From the human T2T-CHM13v2.0 reference genome, Homo sapiens, in assembly GCF_009914755.1 (NCBI RefSeq), contig NC_060928.1: 64,000 nt of DNA; one strand, written 5' to 3'. Shown one piece after another: positions 30,213-43,221 of this stretch; the first letter of the stretch is position 1; each line of letters begins with the position of its first letter. The position numbers and the translations under genes are program-made. A model generated the notes under the pieces. It saw only the letters and a program-made list of their open reading frames with translations. It had not been told where the DNA came from and made no database searches.

Positions 30213-32692
30213 CTGTAGTTTGGAGTTGAGAAGCACAAAGATTTAGTGCGGGAAGAAAAGCATAATAATAACTTATTTAAATGCTCAGACTCACTAAAGC
30301 CTTTCGTTCTAGACAAAGTAATAGTTACTTAGCTTCTTGATGATTTTCATTCTAACAGCAAGATGCTGTGAGGCAGAACCCATGCATGACAACTCACGGA
30401 TTAGCTTTTCAGCCAGAAGGACCCAAAAGCAATTTCCTGACAACAATCAGTAATGGTCTTCAAGATAATGCAAATGAATAGATTTGCACATTATATTTAA
30501 ATTGTTCATCCACATAGACACAACACAGACTGTATCTGAAATGTAAAGCAGTTTTGTGTCCGGATTTATCTTTAGCTCAAAAACACCACATGAGATTTCA
30601 TGCTCATGGCACGCATGTAAATTGGTTAAGAAAGTGGTTGATGAGAAAATTCCAGATTGCTAGTTCTACAAACCTGCATTTACTACCCTTTTAGCTATGA
30701 TGAATAGGATCACATAAACCATAATATTTAAATTTAAGGTTATTTAAAAAAAGTAATATGAACAAATTTTACAATGAAAGCGGATATATAGCTTTCTCCC
30801 TCTATGTTTTCCACTCCTGCTCTCCTATTAAAGTTGCTTGAGAGATTCTCACAGCGGTAAAAACTAAAACTAAAATCAGTCAGCTAGGCCATATTGCTCC
30901 TTGACCTAGAAGATGCACTTCATGGGTTCCCCACCAGTGTGTCTTAGTAAAATCTGGTGTGTGGCGGCTGGCCTAAGGGGTCCATGTTCTCCAGTTTTAT
31001 CACACCACCACAGCCCAGACTGTCTTATCTTTCCCTTTCACATGCTGATTTGACTTGCCCAGCAACTACAGACATCTAAGTTTGTAGCCCAACTGTATAA
31101 TCTGATCCTTAATTCTAAAGAAAAGCATTCTAATCTAATTAATGCTTGGTTATATAATAGGCTTAATTTACTAATATCACATAAGTATTATAAATGTAAT
31201 CTCTTATAAGCATGTGTACTCAAAGCTAGAAAGAAAAAAATTTACAAATTACAAACACCTGGAATTTTCTAATCAACTTCCAACTTGTACATGTGCAAAA
31301 CAGACTATTCCTAGTTTCAGAAATGGGCATGTAGCTTAATTTTGTGGCCCGAAGATTTGTGAAAATTGCTTAAACACATAGACATTAATCAAAAATATTT
31401 TACTGATTCATTTTAAAGTAGCTCTGCAGGTTCTTCAATTTACCCTATGAGCTTTCTTTCGTAAAAGCTGCTACTTTTCCCCAAAATTAAGTCCTTCAAT
31501 ATTTATATTTTCACTCTATAACTTATTCAAAATTTTATTTTTAAAATCACTGTCACAATAGCAATTTGGCTCTGGAAATTGCTCGAAATTTGTAATTTAC
31601 TTATGTATACATTTGAAACATAGTTTATGAATTTATAAAACACACCTGATAATATAGAAGCACGATGACAAAGAAAATACTAAATGACAATGTTGATTCC
31701 ATATTCTGACAATTAGAATAATATTCTAATTCTACTTTTTTTTTTGCATAAAGTAACTTATCTAGGTCTTTAAATGGCTAGGAAGTTAGGAAGTTCAAAT
31801 GGCTAAGTTCTATTTGAAGTTGGGGTAATAAAATAAGCATCGAAATTCAGAACATTCTCAACAATCACTTAGGACAGCAGTTACTGAAGCAATTCTTAAT
31901 AGTGCTGTGAAAAGGCAGCAAGAAGTCTCAGATAAGGAATCATGCTAGATCATAAATATTTCAGCAAATTATGATGACATCTAAAACACAAACTAGTCAA
32001 GAGAGGCAAAGCAGGCTTTTTGATTAGTAAGTGAAAAATGAAACAAGATGCATATCACAATACAGTCACTAGTAGACAGCTGAAATTGATCACAGTAACG
32101 TGCACTTTGTCACTAGATACAAGTGGGATAAAAGTCGATCCCAAAGCATGCGGTACAAAATGTGCAACATCCAGCTTTGTGCAGGGGGTCCTCTATAAAC
32201 CCTATGAGCCCAAATTATAGTCACAATCGCTGGAAGGATTTTACAGAACTTACAGAAAAATTTAAAATACAAGAATAAGACATGTTTATAATCTAATCAA
32301 TTTTCAATGACTGTTTCATGAAAAGCTTAACATTATTCAAAATAATATCCCGGAGAGATAATAAATTAAGCCTTAGTACTTAGGCATGTTATTAAATACG
32401 AATATATATTAATGGTGCACAGGAAATTAAAATCTACCTTTACTGTCATGCCTCTTAGACTCCTATTGATAACAACAGGAGTTCAATTTGCCCAGCTGAA
32501 GGACAAGCATCAGTCAACATAGTATTCAAAAATCCCTTTAAAACATCTGTGAAATGTCCATCACCAAGCAGTATAAAAAGTTTGTGTTTTAAAGGAAGAG
32601 ACACAGAACTCAACCATATTTGGGTGCAACTGTTCTCCGGTTTACGGTGAGGACCCACATACACGCATCCTATACGACTCAGTGGTTCTAAC

Positions 32693-32766
32693 CTTGAGGA
32701 CAGACTGATGAGATCTGCTGGGAGATGTTCCCCATTGGTCACTTTCACTATCTCCCCTACTGCCAC
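32693..32766 (-). CDS. ATP8A1: ATP8A1 mutually exclusive exon 7b (74 nt): VAVGEIVKVTNGEHLPADLISLSS(S)
   Basis: gtgtag|GTGGCAGTA...TCCTCAAG|gttaga; phase 0 to 2; A-domain VGEIV...PAD motif. Confidence 0.95.
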
Positions 32767-34493
32767 CTACACGTCCCAGTATAAAATAATTAAAATGGCC
32801 AAAAAAAAAAATGAACAGAGGAAAAAAAACAAACAAATGGACAAAAGAGACAGAAAGTTCGAAATTATTATAGAAAATAATACATGTTAATAAAAACATC
32901 TAATGCCAATTTTTTTCAAAACTTATTTTGATCAGGTCTGAAGGCATAAGAAAACATTTAATATTTGAGGGTTATTTATTTGCTTTTTAGCCCAATTTAA
33001 AGTTTTAGTGTGAAAACTTAATTTTTAAAAGTTTACTCATAAGCTTATCAAATTAAAGCATATTTTATAGAGAACTACATTATAGTCTAGATTTTTCTTT
33101 CTCAAATTTCTCAACCTCATGCCATCTACTGTATGTCCACTTGTACCAAAAAAGGAAGAAAATAATAATGAAAATTATTTTTTAGGGTTGTGATAGGGTC
33201 TTGAAAAAAAAAGTATACTAGTCCCTGCCCCACTTAAAAAAAAACTATTAAAAATGTTCTGACTCCAAAATATTTTTAAAGTTAATTGAATAAATATCTT
33301 ACTAACTTTAATGCAAAGCTGCAAAGAAGTCAGCTTTGCATTATGCCTTAGGAAGCTTTGCAGTTATGCCTTAGGAAGTCAGAAGGCATAACTGTAGCCT
33401 TTTGAGTTACTTAGCAATTAATGAAGTCTAGATAATGCATTGTTTTGGAAGGGTAAGCCTTTGAATCCAGAGAAATTTTTTCAGAGAGGGTATGAAATAG
33501 ACATGCGGAGAATATGGACTTGAATTAACAGCTTGAGTTATTTTACCCTACTTTATACTTTCTTAACACATAAATGTATTCATTATTTATTAAATGCTAA
33601 AATCTGTTTCATTTCAAAATGAAAGCCTACGAAACACAGTAACTTTCAACCATGTTCATGCTTTAATTTCAAACTACCTCACAGAAGATGTACTCTTAGT
33701 AATTAAAAATTAAAAAAATTGAAAATTAAAATATTATAAACAGTTGTTTACTCTTACTGCTAAGTGGTTGCTCACTTGCGGGTAAAAATCATCATGTACT
33801 TCTTTTGATAGTGGACAGTGTGAAGATAGTAAATTAGGAGTATTCCAACCCTGACTTAGTCATTACCTAAAGTCAAAATTTCTCTTTCAGTTAAATGATT
33901 AAACAACTACTACCTATTTCATGAGGTTAATGTAGATTCAAAGGAGCTAAGTAATGCTAAAACCCTTTGAGGAAAAAAAATACTGAAAGGTGGTACTCTG
34001 CTACTTGGATTGAAATGTCTAGCAGCACAGCTTTTATTTTGAATTCTACTCAATAACAAAAAGCAATGAATCAGATAATCTTTTAAAAATATAATCTTGG
34101 AGGAAGTTAATCGCTGTGGAGACCATATTAAGACACAGAAACTATTTCGATAAATTGAAATTCATAGCCACCAGTAAGTGTTTTTAATGCTTATAAAACA
34201 AATTCTGTAAAAGTGGTCTAAAGTTTAAGAAATACAAGTAGCTTGCTGGGGAGTTTCTGAAGTTGGATAGAGTCAGACGGCAAAGATTTTGAAAATTTCC
34301 AACTTAAAATTAAATACAAATTCAGGGCAGTATAGTCGATTATCTTCACATTTTTGAGCATCAAAAATAAAAATTGTATTTAACGGTTCAGCCTATATGA
34401 TTCATTCTATAATTATGTCTCTAAGAGTTTAATTGGGAAAACAATACTTTCCCAAATTGTTAGAAGGTGTTACTATCATTTTGAACTTATATA

Positions 34494-34804
34494 CAGTCAC
34501 GTGACAATGACAGGTGTAGCTTCTGAGGAATGCATTGTCAGGCATTTTTGTCACTGTGTGAGCATCATAGAGGGTACCTATACAAACCTAGATGGTATAG
34601 TCTATAGGCCATATGGTATAGCAGATTGCTCCTAGGCTACAAACCTGTACAGCATGTTACTGTATGGAATAGTGTAAAGAAACAGTAACACAATACTAAG
34701 TATTTGTGCAATAGGAATTTTTCTGCTCCATTATAATCTTATGGGACCACCGTTGTATATGTGTTTCGTAATTGACCAAAATGTTGTTATGCAGCACAAG
34801 ACTT
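34494..34804 (+). mobile_element. Tigger3a/MER7-type DNA transposon remnant
   Basis: TA-CAGTCA...TTCTGAGGAATGCATTGTCAGG...ACAAACCTAGATGGTATAG...TATAATCTTATGGGACCACCGT. Confidence 0.8.
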
Positions 34805-36170
34805 CAAACATTCAGATGGCCAAGTGTCCAATACATTCATCACATTTTTACTTAGTAAAACTGAATGGACACCATTCTGTAAGGTACTCTTAAAGCTTAT
34901 CAATTTAAACAAAAAGAATTGGGGAATATTGGAATTTGATCATTTAATCCATCTTAATATAAAAGATGTGAAATCAAGGCATGAGAGATTAAGCAGTTGG
35001 TTCAAAATCACCAAATCAGAATAAGAATCCTGGCTTTTCACTCCCTAAAGAGAGCTCTTTCTAGTGCCTGATACTACCTAGAACCTGAGACAATGACAAT
35101 AAGCTCTCCCTCAAGCTAATTCTGAAGACGCCAAGAATGGACGGTTAGCTTCACTCAGTTTTAGAGATTTATCCTGATAAAGTTATAAGCAAAGGAAACT
35201 AAGAACAGAGGGGGTGATTTGAAAACATCTATATTATTTTTTCTGAAAACAAAAACCTATAGGTACATGGCACAAAATTATAGAAATATAACTACCTGCA
35301 GTTACTTTAATTGGTTGTAGACTTACTTCTATAAATATCTAGTATAAATACTTTTATTTGTTAAGTTTCGCTAACTTGTCATGAATCAAATCACTTTAAA
35401 TGATGACCTGATTAAATAAATTTTGAAAAAAGGACACTGTCCATATTCATATGTGGATTTACAAATAAACCTGTCCAAGGAAATGATGATAAACAACCTC
35501 TAAAATATTAAAAACAATTTTTCTTAATTTAAAATAGGACTAGTTTATAGTTTTTAAACCTAAAACCATTTGAAAGTCACATTCTTTAAAGAGTAACAGT
35601 GCCATATGTTCTGACTACTAATTCATGATTAAAATATGAGTAAAATGAAAATTATTTAAATTAAGTAACTGAAAGAACTTAAAAGAAAGAGCAAAGTACT
35701 TTTGTGTTGGAAGAGTATGGCATTTCAAAAGGCATAATGGCAAAAAGAATCATTCATCCATTTTTTTATACCATTCCATCATAATAATCAAGAAACTCTG
35801 TAGGGATTTATGACGAACAAGGACTGAAAGATAAAAAATATCAATAGAACCCAATCCATGTATTATATAAAATAAATGACAGGAAATCTTAAAAGAGTTA
35901 TGATCCCCACAAAAGATCTGGATAGATCCAGAGGGAGAGTAGACTCTTAATTATATTTGAATGATAAAGTATAGTACCTATCACTTATTCTATATGGCAA
36001 ACATGAAAAAGCCCTTTAAGTCCAATCAATTTTTTAAATGTTTAAATAAAAATTATTAGAGAGGTTTTAAATTCTTCGTTTATTCCTTATTTCCTTGGAG
36101 AAATCACAAGGTCAATGCAGGGTAGAGAAACCATCCTCTACACTGTTTGAGCATCAGTAGGCATCTCTAC

Positions 36171-36244
36171 CTTGATGAGAGAAGTACAGTGTCAGCAGGT
36201 ATATACTCTTTGCCTTTTATTATAACTATATCTCCAACATTTAC
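36171..36244 (-). CDS. ATP8A1: ATP8A1 mutually exclusive exon 7a (74 nt): VNVGDIVIIKGKEYIPADTVLLSS(S)
   Basis: ctttcag|GTAAATGTT...TCATCAAG|gtagag; same length and phase as 7b; 12/24 aa identical to 7b. Confidence 0.93.
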
Positions 36245-38269
36245 CTGAAAGAAAACTGGGAATTGGTTAATTATCTGCATTGAAAGATAGTTACAAATAT
36301 ACAACCCATTGTAAAAAGCATAGAATACACAGTAAAAATGGTTATCGGCAAACAAGAACCACTTATCTTCACAAAATGGAAGAAAATTATCTAGGAGTGA
36401 GACCAGGGTTGGAGGAATCCTTTAAAAAAAATGAACATTGTATATTGGATATATAACTTATCTTGATAAAATCAATCTATTCTATCCACTTAATTGACAC
36501 CTTAACTTCTCATATCCTCTCTGACATAAAAATATAAAGGAGGGATTTACCAATATAAATCTTTATCCTATTGAAGAAAATCTCAATGCAACTGGAGACG
36601 CTATCATATATAATTGCTCCTCACAATAACGCTTGTGAAACAAGTATTGCTTATAACTCATCATTTGGAGAGAAAGAAAATGAGTTTGAGATTCTGAGAT
36701 TTTTGCTCAAGATCATGGGGAGTTGAAGAGCTTAGACTCAAATCCACATTTGACTGTCTGCAAATCCTGATTTTGCATAATTTTGTGAAACTATCAATGT
36801 ATTTTAAATTAAAAATTAATCTCTTCATTGTACTACCTCTTAGCATTTTTCTGAGCCTGGCATAAAGATAAAGAGATACTATTTTCAAAAACTGATAGCA
36901 GTCATTTAAGTGACAGATGTGTCATATAGCTTTTGGCAAACAACACAGTAACTAAGCAACAACTTGGCTTAACTGAGTTGACCAAGTTACGCTGTTAGCC
37001 GCTCCCTTTACATCATGAAAGTTGACCTCTTAGTAGACAAATGAGACTAAACATGAATTTCAATACTTAATAGATGGAAAAAAAAGACTTTCTAAATTAA
37101 AGCCTGTTTGTTCTTCCCCCTCCCTACTTTTCCTTGAACTCTAAAATAACACTATGAGGGTAAGAACAGAATAGTGTCTTTTGTGGGAATCATAATAAGA
37201 AATTACTGCAGAGGCAGCCCACTGCAGTCTATTATTTACCAAAAGAAGAGGTTAGAAAAGGTTGGGGCAGGGGTATTGTCTTTTTATTTATGACACGTAT
37301 GCTTAAGTTCTGGGTCCCTTGATTCAAAAAATAATTCAGCTGAAATCTGAAAGTTGGACTAGCTGAAACTGGCAAATTACCAGGGATCTTGGAATCAAAC
37401 ACCCCCTACCTCAAAAAAGGGCAAAGAGGAAAAATTAAAAACTGCAAGTATAAATGTAAACTGGTCCTTAAAATAATGTGCTGTGATGGTACTGTGATTA
37501 CACTCACTGAGAAAGATAATAAAATGTAAATTCTCTGAAATCATGGCACTTAGAATGCATCCAGGTTACCATTTAATTTTCTTTAATCAACTCCTGTATG
37601 TTAATGTTTCCTCTTAAATTCAACTGTGTGCTTCACAAAATCAGAATCACGTCCTCTACACTATCGTGTTAGAGTCTAACAGTCAGACTTAAACAAATCC
37701 CTAATTGATTGTGCTGCTTTCCAACATCTTTACTCATTGTAAGACAAAAGAAGGGCTTGTGGTTCCTAAACTCAATAAAATAGTAACAATTTATATGGTA
37801 CCCCAGTGGCCTGGGAAAACCAGGGGCTTACTAAATGCTGAAGTTCTTACTAAAGCATGCTAAATCAATGACTGCTAAAGTTCTTTACTGTAAGGAAAGT
37901 AGGGAACTTAACTCCTTAGAATGTCTATGTTTAAGATCAATTTCTCAAAAGACATCCAAACACCTGTCTTTCCTTTTGGATTCTGAGCTCCTAATACGGC
38001 ATTCCCCTTCCAGCCTAGTGTGTGCATAAGAGGAACCAAGAGAAGAAAAAGTCAAGATGACAAAAATGCTTTAATCATACATATTCTAATTGGAGGAATG
38101 TCATGATAAAGCAATTTTAGTCCCCAAAATGCCAAAGTTAAGGAAATGTTTAGGGCTTTCAGTCCACTACCTACAGCCTTCTGAAGTCACTCATATTTGC
38201 AACATCAAGGATTATGTAAAATAGTAAGATTATCAGACTGCAATAGCCTGATTTAAAAATCCAACTATT

Positions 38270-38707
<438 letters not shown>

Positions 38708-39419
38708 CTAAATTCTCCACCTGCATACATCTCAAAAACCTGTGAACAGTGTTAGCTGCACCTCATTGTAAAGAAATAATCTGTGGCAAGAGCAATGAAG
38801 CCAGCAGCTTACCGTTCAGGAGTCACAATGTAGTTCCTTGTGTAGGGCTTTGTGATTACCATACTTTCTTTTAAAACTATGTATCTGCAAGTTAACCTTT
38901 TGCAACAGGGAAAAGGTTTCAGGGCAGTAACTGGAGAGATAAACCACTAATATCTGAGAGCTGAAGTCTGCCCAGCTGTGAATGATTAGATGCATGCTAG
39001 GCAAATTTGTAGGTCCTTTGAGGATCATTAAAGAGCAACCACAGTAGCCACACATTTAGAAAGGCAGAGAAAGAGCCCTGAAGTAAAGCCCATTTACACT
39101 AAGGTCTATCATATTACCTTGGCATGTAGACGACACTCTTGGTTTTGGTTTATTGATTTTATTTTTAATTGGACTAAATATCATATAAGGCAAAGAAAAG
39201 ACTTGCCTCAAAATCTTGTTATCCCAACAAGTAAGGCTGCTTTTGTGCCTGTTCGCTTGTTCAATAAACGATTTACAAAGCCAGTATTTCAGTGTACATA
39301 GTACTATTTTTTTTCACCTATGATTATATCTTATGATACAGGAACCCTTACTTGTCTTGCTTGCTGCTTTAAGCTCACTGCTTGGCATATGCACTCAATA
39401 AACACTTGTCGAATGAATA

Positions 39420-40750
39420 GTATAATTTCTTCTGTGTTGCTACACCATGTGACATTACAGATTTTACTTGTCACAAAATATGAGTATAAAATGCCATAAT
39501 TTATAAAACTGTCCCTATTGTTGCATTTCCATATGTTCTAGTTTTTTGCTATTATAAGTAAATAATGCTACAATAAACATTTTTATACACGTGGAGATAT
39601 TCTCCAACTTTTTCTTTTCTTGGGATAAATTTCCAGAATCCCGTTTTCACAGTTCTCAATATAAATAGCCAAACTGCTCGTTCACAATAGTATGTAAATA
39701 AAATATTTCATAAAAATAAATCTGAAATGTTTGTTTTTATTTATTGAATAGGTAGCAAATGAAACTTCAATATGGTTTAAATTTGCAAATTTTATTAGGT
39801 TGAATATTATACTGAGTCTGGTCAATTATCATATTTCTGGTTTACTGTCAAGTTTTCCTATTTATATAACAATGATCTTAATCATTTGTCCTATTTGGTG
39901 CAAATATTTCACATAGCCTGCCTACTTATTTGTGGCAGTTTTTGTTGTGTATTTGTTTTAAAATTTATATAATCTAATTCCATAGATTTTGAGATATTGC
40001 TCTTCTTCAAATATTTATTAAGGCCTTTATTCTATTTGTACGTTTTCTAAAAACAACATTTTAACATTTAACTCTTTTAGTCAGTTGACATTTATTTTAG
40101 CATAGGTTGTGACTTAGATATAAATATTCAAATGCTATTTCTTAAAACTGCTAATCTGTGATAGCAATTCTTTAAAAAATAATTTTTGCCTCCTTTTTCA
40201 AATATTAAACAGGCCTTATTTCAGGGCACTATATTTTATTCTATACTACTTAAATCTGCTCCATGTTATTCTACTCATCAATGTCTATTTTTGCAAACCA
40301 CAGTGTTTTAATAACTTTTGCTTTCCATTTCACCTGTAATCTTTACACACTGTTCATTTTTCCAAAATATATTCTACTTTCTTAACTGTTTATTTTTGCA
40401 AATCAGATGAAAAATTTAGTCAATTCTTGAGGAAAATATAATAATTTCCCTGGGATTATATTACTTCATAATTTGGAACAAGTGATATTTCACTTTTAAT
40501 TTTTCTGGGAATATGACATACTTGTAAATTTGTATGAATCTTGAATATCAAAGTTTGGATGCTTTCTTTACAAAGGTCATACACATACATTAAATTTACT
40601 TGTAGGCCTCCCATAGGCCACTGGGAATGAGACCTCTTCTTCACTTTATTTTCAAACTTGATACTGCCAACTTAAGAATGATGTTAATTTTTGAATATTT
40701 ATCATGATTTCATCACTGAACCAACTTTTAGTGATTCTAATTACTTCTAT
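39420..40750 (-). mobile_element. Old L1M (L1ME-like) fragment
   Basis: T-rich antisense L1 phrases (tttttgctattata...aataatgctacaataaacatttt; cattttccaaaat; gttaatttttgaatatttatc). Confidence 0.55.
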
Positions 40751-42360
40751 AATTCTAATTATTAAATAACTTCAGCTCTTTTGGGCTGGATGACTTTTGG
40801 CAACACTTTAAATTCTGTCCTTCTTTATCTCAAAATGGGATGCCTAGGTTAGGTGTGCCATTGACCTGTGAGATGACTGAAAATGCTATTATTATGGGTA
40901 ATCCTGGCTGGTGATTTGTCTGTCAAAAATAGGAAAAGTAAGAATTACAATAATCCAGGTAGGTTAGCACAATCTTGAAATAATGATTGTTTATTAGGAA
41001 AATAAGACATTTTAAAGGTTTAGAGTGAAGTAGTACATTATTATCTCCTGACTTTCTGTTTATTTTCTGAGCAAGCAGCCTAGGTTATTTATTAGCATGC
41101 ATATTTATGTTAACTACACTGACAACCCTAGGTAAAATAATATTTGTAATAAAATTCATCTTATCATACTTGATTATATCCTACCTGTCTTCTTTCTAAA
41201 ATGTTTAATTCCATAGGTGCCAGAAAAGAGTAGAAAAGAAACTTATTTTGAAATTGCTTTTAGCATTTTTATTTTGTTCTTCTGAAAAAGAGATTCCTAT
41301 CACAGAAATAAATAAAACACAACCAAGGTATTTTCCCATTTGTTGCTCTCATGTCAAAAACCAAAGAAAAAATAGGGGTAAATTTTCAACTATATGAAAG
41401 AGGAGATGTCAGTCTCTATTCTAGCCACTGATTGAAAATCAACAGAAATTTAATTAATTTTTAATTGGGGGGTACAAGATATCCCCTGCAGAAATACAAG
41501 ATGACCATGACAAGGTAGAATCAAGGGCATGGACTTCAACTAGCTGGGAAGTACTGGAGTGCAAATAAACTGTTGGTTACACTTCGATTGTCCTAGCAAA
41601 ATACTGTCCTGTGAGATACACCTCTAATGTCCTGGCAATCCCAGGAAATAAAGTGCCCTAAGAAGGGTGGCTCAGACTCCAAAAAGTCTTTTACCAAGTT
41701 ACCAAAGCTATTCATTTGTGGATGACTAGATTTTAAACCTTCTTCCAGAACTAAGGGAGAACTAATAATAATTGCTTACCTTTTGAAAGTGAAGGCTGAA
41801 AAGAATAAACACCTGAATAACATTTGTTAAATTATGACTTAACCTACTAACTGCCATGTTAGAGGTCCTATAAACAAATTAATCTTTGATGTTAAAGAAC
41901 TGATTTCATTAGAAGACAATGTTTAATTTGTAAGATTTTTGTTTTAAAGGAATTAGTGGTAAGCAAATGTAATTAGTCTCACTATATGAATTGGAAGTAA
42001 AATATGCAGAAGTAAAACATCAGAACTCAAATTCTTATTTTTACTTGGACAGTAGATGAGTAAAGCAAAAAATTACAACACAAAACAGTTCATGGTTAAA
42101 TAAAATCTATGATAACAGTACTCAAAATATACTATGAAAAAAACAAAAAGTTCTAGATATTTTTCAAAATAAGTCTTTCTATAATACAGCAGAAATATTA
42201 AATGAATGTGACTGAAGATGCCATGCATGTTTATATTACTAAATAGCTTTTATATTAGTAAAATTCTTCACATTTGCTCATATTATACAAAAAATTATAT
42301 ATACTAGAGTACACCGCTATGTATTTCTTCTCCTGGAACAAAATAAAAATCAGTGCATAC

Positions 42361-42401
42361 CTTTTCCCAGTGGACAATTTCCCAAGCACCATTTCTCAAA
42401 A
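42361..42401 (-). CDS. ATP8A1: ATP8A1 exon 6 (41 nt): (V)LRNGAWEIVHWEK
   Basis: tttccag|TTTTGAGA...GGAAAAG|gtatgc; phase 1 to 0. Confidence 0.96.
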
Positions 42402-42858
42402 CTGGAAAGAGAAAAGGTGACATTTTAAACAACATGTTTTACTATGAAAAGGCCATTTCTGATGAAATAATCATTTTAAACGAATAGCTTCAGTCAAAAT
42501 AACTAGTAGCAATTTTTATAGGTTAAAATTCTAATTATGATAGCAAGAATATGTAAACTTACACAAAAATTAGAAACAACCAATGTATATTTTAGCTCCC
42601 ACAACATCACTAACAGAGAGCATCTGATTGGTGTTACCAAGGGCTTTCTTTAGCACATAGAGGAACTATGGGGCTCAGCTGGAGGAGAAAGCCACAAAAA
42701 TGATGTGAAAAAGGAAGCGACAAGCTTAAAAACATTTCAGATGCTACAAGAGTAGCAATGTTTAAAAAGAAAAATCACAAGCACAGAATAATAGATTTCT
42801 AATAGTTTAGTAAAAATTTAACACATAAAGCCAACAGAGAAAGAATTTGTACCTTTAG

Positions 42859-43221
<363 letters not shown>

